A stretch of DNA of 64,000 bases from Xylographa opegraphella (taxonomy: Eukaryota), in the NCBI GenBank assembly GCA_022813865.1, contig JALDZX010000003.1, positions 62,001-126,000 on the forward strand. Reading direction: 5' to 3'. Positions 62,013-64,000 of the stretch are shown piece after piece. The first letter of the stretch is position 1, and every line of letters begins with the position of its first letter. The notes beneath the pieces are model-generated. The model did no database searches. It saw nothing but the letters and a program-made list of their open reading frames with translations, and was not told the DNA's origin. A program made the position numbers and the translations under genes.

Positions 62013-62526
62013 ATGAACACGGCTACGCCGAAGGCAAAATCAAATATATTTGTAATGTTCAGATCTGTCCTGATCAGTTGGGAAGGGCGTGTGAACAATT
62101 TGATATGGCGCTAGGGCAACCCAACCCTACCGGAGAATGTACCTCTAATCCAAAAGTAGATTGTTACTAATGTAAGGTAAATATCGATGTAGGCCCAGCA
62201 CTATCGTGGCTGAGTCCAGGTTACAAGGGATAATTTGGAACCGATACGCAGTTTGAAATCCATTTATAACGACACAAGCCTTTGTATGAGGTTACATGAT
62301 TACCAAGATTCACTCCGCGGAAGTGTTCAAGCGTCAATCTAAATTGTGTGCTTAGAAGTGGGCAGACAAAGCTTCAGCTGTTTGTTGCGCTTCTGAAGAG
62401 CCGCACACTACGGTTTAATGCCTCAAGTCATGCTACAAAGTCGATGACCATGAGGAGAGGGATGATAGGCCCACTTCTACACCAAACAATTGCATTCAAG
62501 GGTATACGCATCGAGAGCATCCATGT

Positions 62527-62949
62527 TCAGTCGACATCTATCCCCTTGCTTTTCAAATCTTTCCTTGCCACCTCGATTTCCCGCATCAACTCCCTGTATG
62601 CTTCCGGTACGTCTTTGAAGGTGAAGACGCCGAGCCCAAGCTTGAACAAAAGGTAGGAACCGAAGGAGACCAGCGCCCAGAATGGAAGCTGACCAACAGC
62701 CACCATGTCAGCATGAATTCCAAATGCATCCATCACAGCCCTCCGCTTGAGGCGAGCACCTACCACGGGGATTATCTCATCCTGCACTTTTGCGCTAAAA
62801 GGGATGAGTTGAAGGAAGCAGGCGAGATACAGCTAGAACGCAGACGACTGTCAGCGCCACACGCGACAGCAGACGGCGAGGAGAAGCATCGGGGCAAATA
62901 CCGATGAGACCAAAAGACCGATTGAGATGGTCTGCTGTGCCCGTGTCAT
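62527..62949 (-). CDS. DPM3: Dolichol-phosphate mannosyltransferase subunit 3, 3 exons
   Basis: MTRAQQTIS..., LPFWALVSFGSYLLFKLGLGVFTFKDVPEAYRELMREIEVARKDLKSKGIDVD. Confidence 0.93.
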
Positions 62950-64000
62950 TGTGACGGTGATCCCGGTGTGGAGTTGATCTTTGCTCAATCACGGAAGTGG
63001 CAGATGAGCGATAAAAAAAGACCTGGAACGGAAGCACACGGATGAGACTGAGGAGGCGAAGAAATCGGTCAATTGAGGCCTTTTACAGCGAACTGCGAAT
63101 GTGGGTGCGAGGGCGAGGGCGAGTGCGATTGCATGAGGCTTGGCAGGAGCTGTACTGGGTAAGGTACTCCGTATGTTCGAACTGAGGGCGTACTGTGTAC
63201 AAGAGTTTGTCCGAGACCGACCCCGGACCAGCCTAATCAACGTAGTTCGGGGGCCGAGACGGCGCGACGGGAGCCGATGACTAAGTCAAGCGAGCTAACA
63301 GAACCCGGTAACTTAATGTATGTACCTTACTGAGCAGGTCTTGGCGATGGCCGTTTCTCGCGCACTTGCCTCCTGTTGCATTCTGCATCGTGCATCCTGT
63401 ATCGCCCACGCTCCAGGCTATCGGGTCGACGGGCGCCCTTGTGCCTGCGGGATGGAGTGATAAGGTACCTAGGTCGGTAGGGACGGTTATGGCCGAAGGC
63501 TCCACAATTCCTATTCCACAATTCCCGGCACGGCGTGACGAAGAACGTGGGGGACGTTCTAGCGAACTTCCAGCTTCACTTCATCGGTAGAATACCTTAC
63601 TCATTGAGGAATCTACACAGCAGTATCTGGTCGTTGATTGTTGATCTGTAAGCACCTGCCTTACGTGAGGACCCCCTTTAGCCCCGCATAGCCTGCCCAC
63701 ACTCACCGTAAGGAAGGGTACCTGTAACCTACGTAGATACGTCGGTAGGTACCTAGTTGTGGCGGGCACGTAGCACAACTAGCATCCTCACTACGCATAG
63801 TGTACTTTGGTACAAGCGTTCCGAGACGGATAACCCAGCGCAGTCCAAGCCATGCAGTCATCTGGTGCTGACCATTTCCGCCTCAAGAGATTCGTGTTCG
63901 GCCGTTAGAAGCATCGCGTCTGCTTGTTTGCTTTCTGGGCAGACGCCCATCGCTGTTGATGATGTTCATCATCCATACCATCCCTAGTTCCATGCCGTCG

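Overview
A gene-dense 64 kb segment of a filamentous ascomycete (Pezizomycotina) chromosome, with short GT-AG spliceosomal introns and CTRAC-type branch points. About 23 loci, mostly housekeeping. In order: RPT6, a VNX1-type cation exchanger, COX16, a GNAT, importin-7-like NMD5, SKI2, a disabled small secreted Cys-rich gene, an RNPS1-like SR/RRM gene, MEC1/ATR, TAD2, complex I NUXM subunit, CSM3/Swi3, an RBR E3 ligase, a divergent maltase + maltose permease pair, HGH1, TFIIF-alpha, a Cid1/CutA-type nucleotidyltransferase, inositol monophosphatase, an RPA1-like two-OB-fold gene, tannase/feruloyl esterase, MED17 and DPM3. No rRNA, tRNA, CRISPR or intact transposon could be supported. Most notable: (1) a 'mini-RPA1' gene (RPA70N-like domain plus one DNA-binding-type OB fold) with an MCB box in its promoter; (2) a degenerate 8-unit ~84-bp tandem array between the MAL pair and HGH1; (3) recurrent GC-rich islands that switch from C-rich to G-rich on the + strand regardless of gene orientation; (4) a small secreted 6-Cys gene with a GG splice donor and an internal TAG; (5) unusually long, partly self-complementary introns. 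Identifications come from motif recognition by eye, with no database search, and exon boundaries are approximate unless stated.
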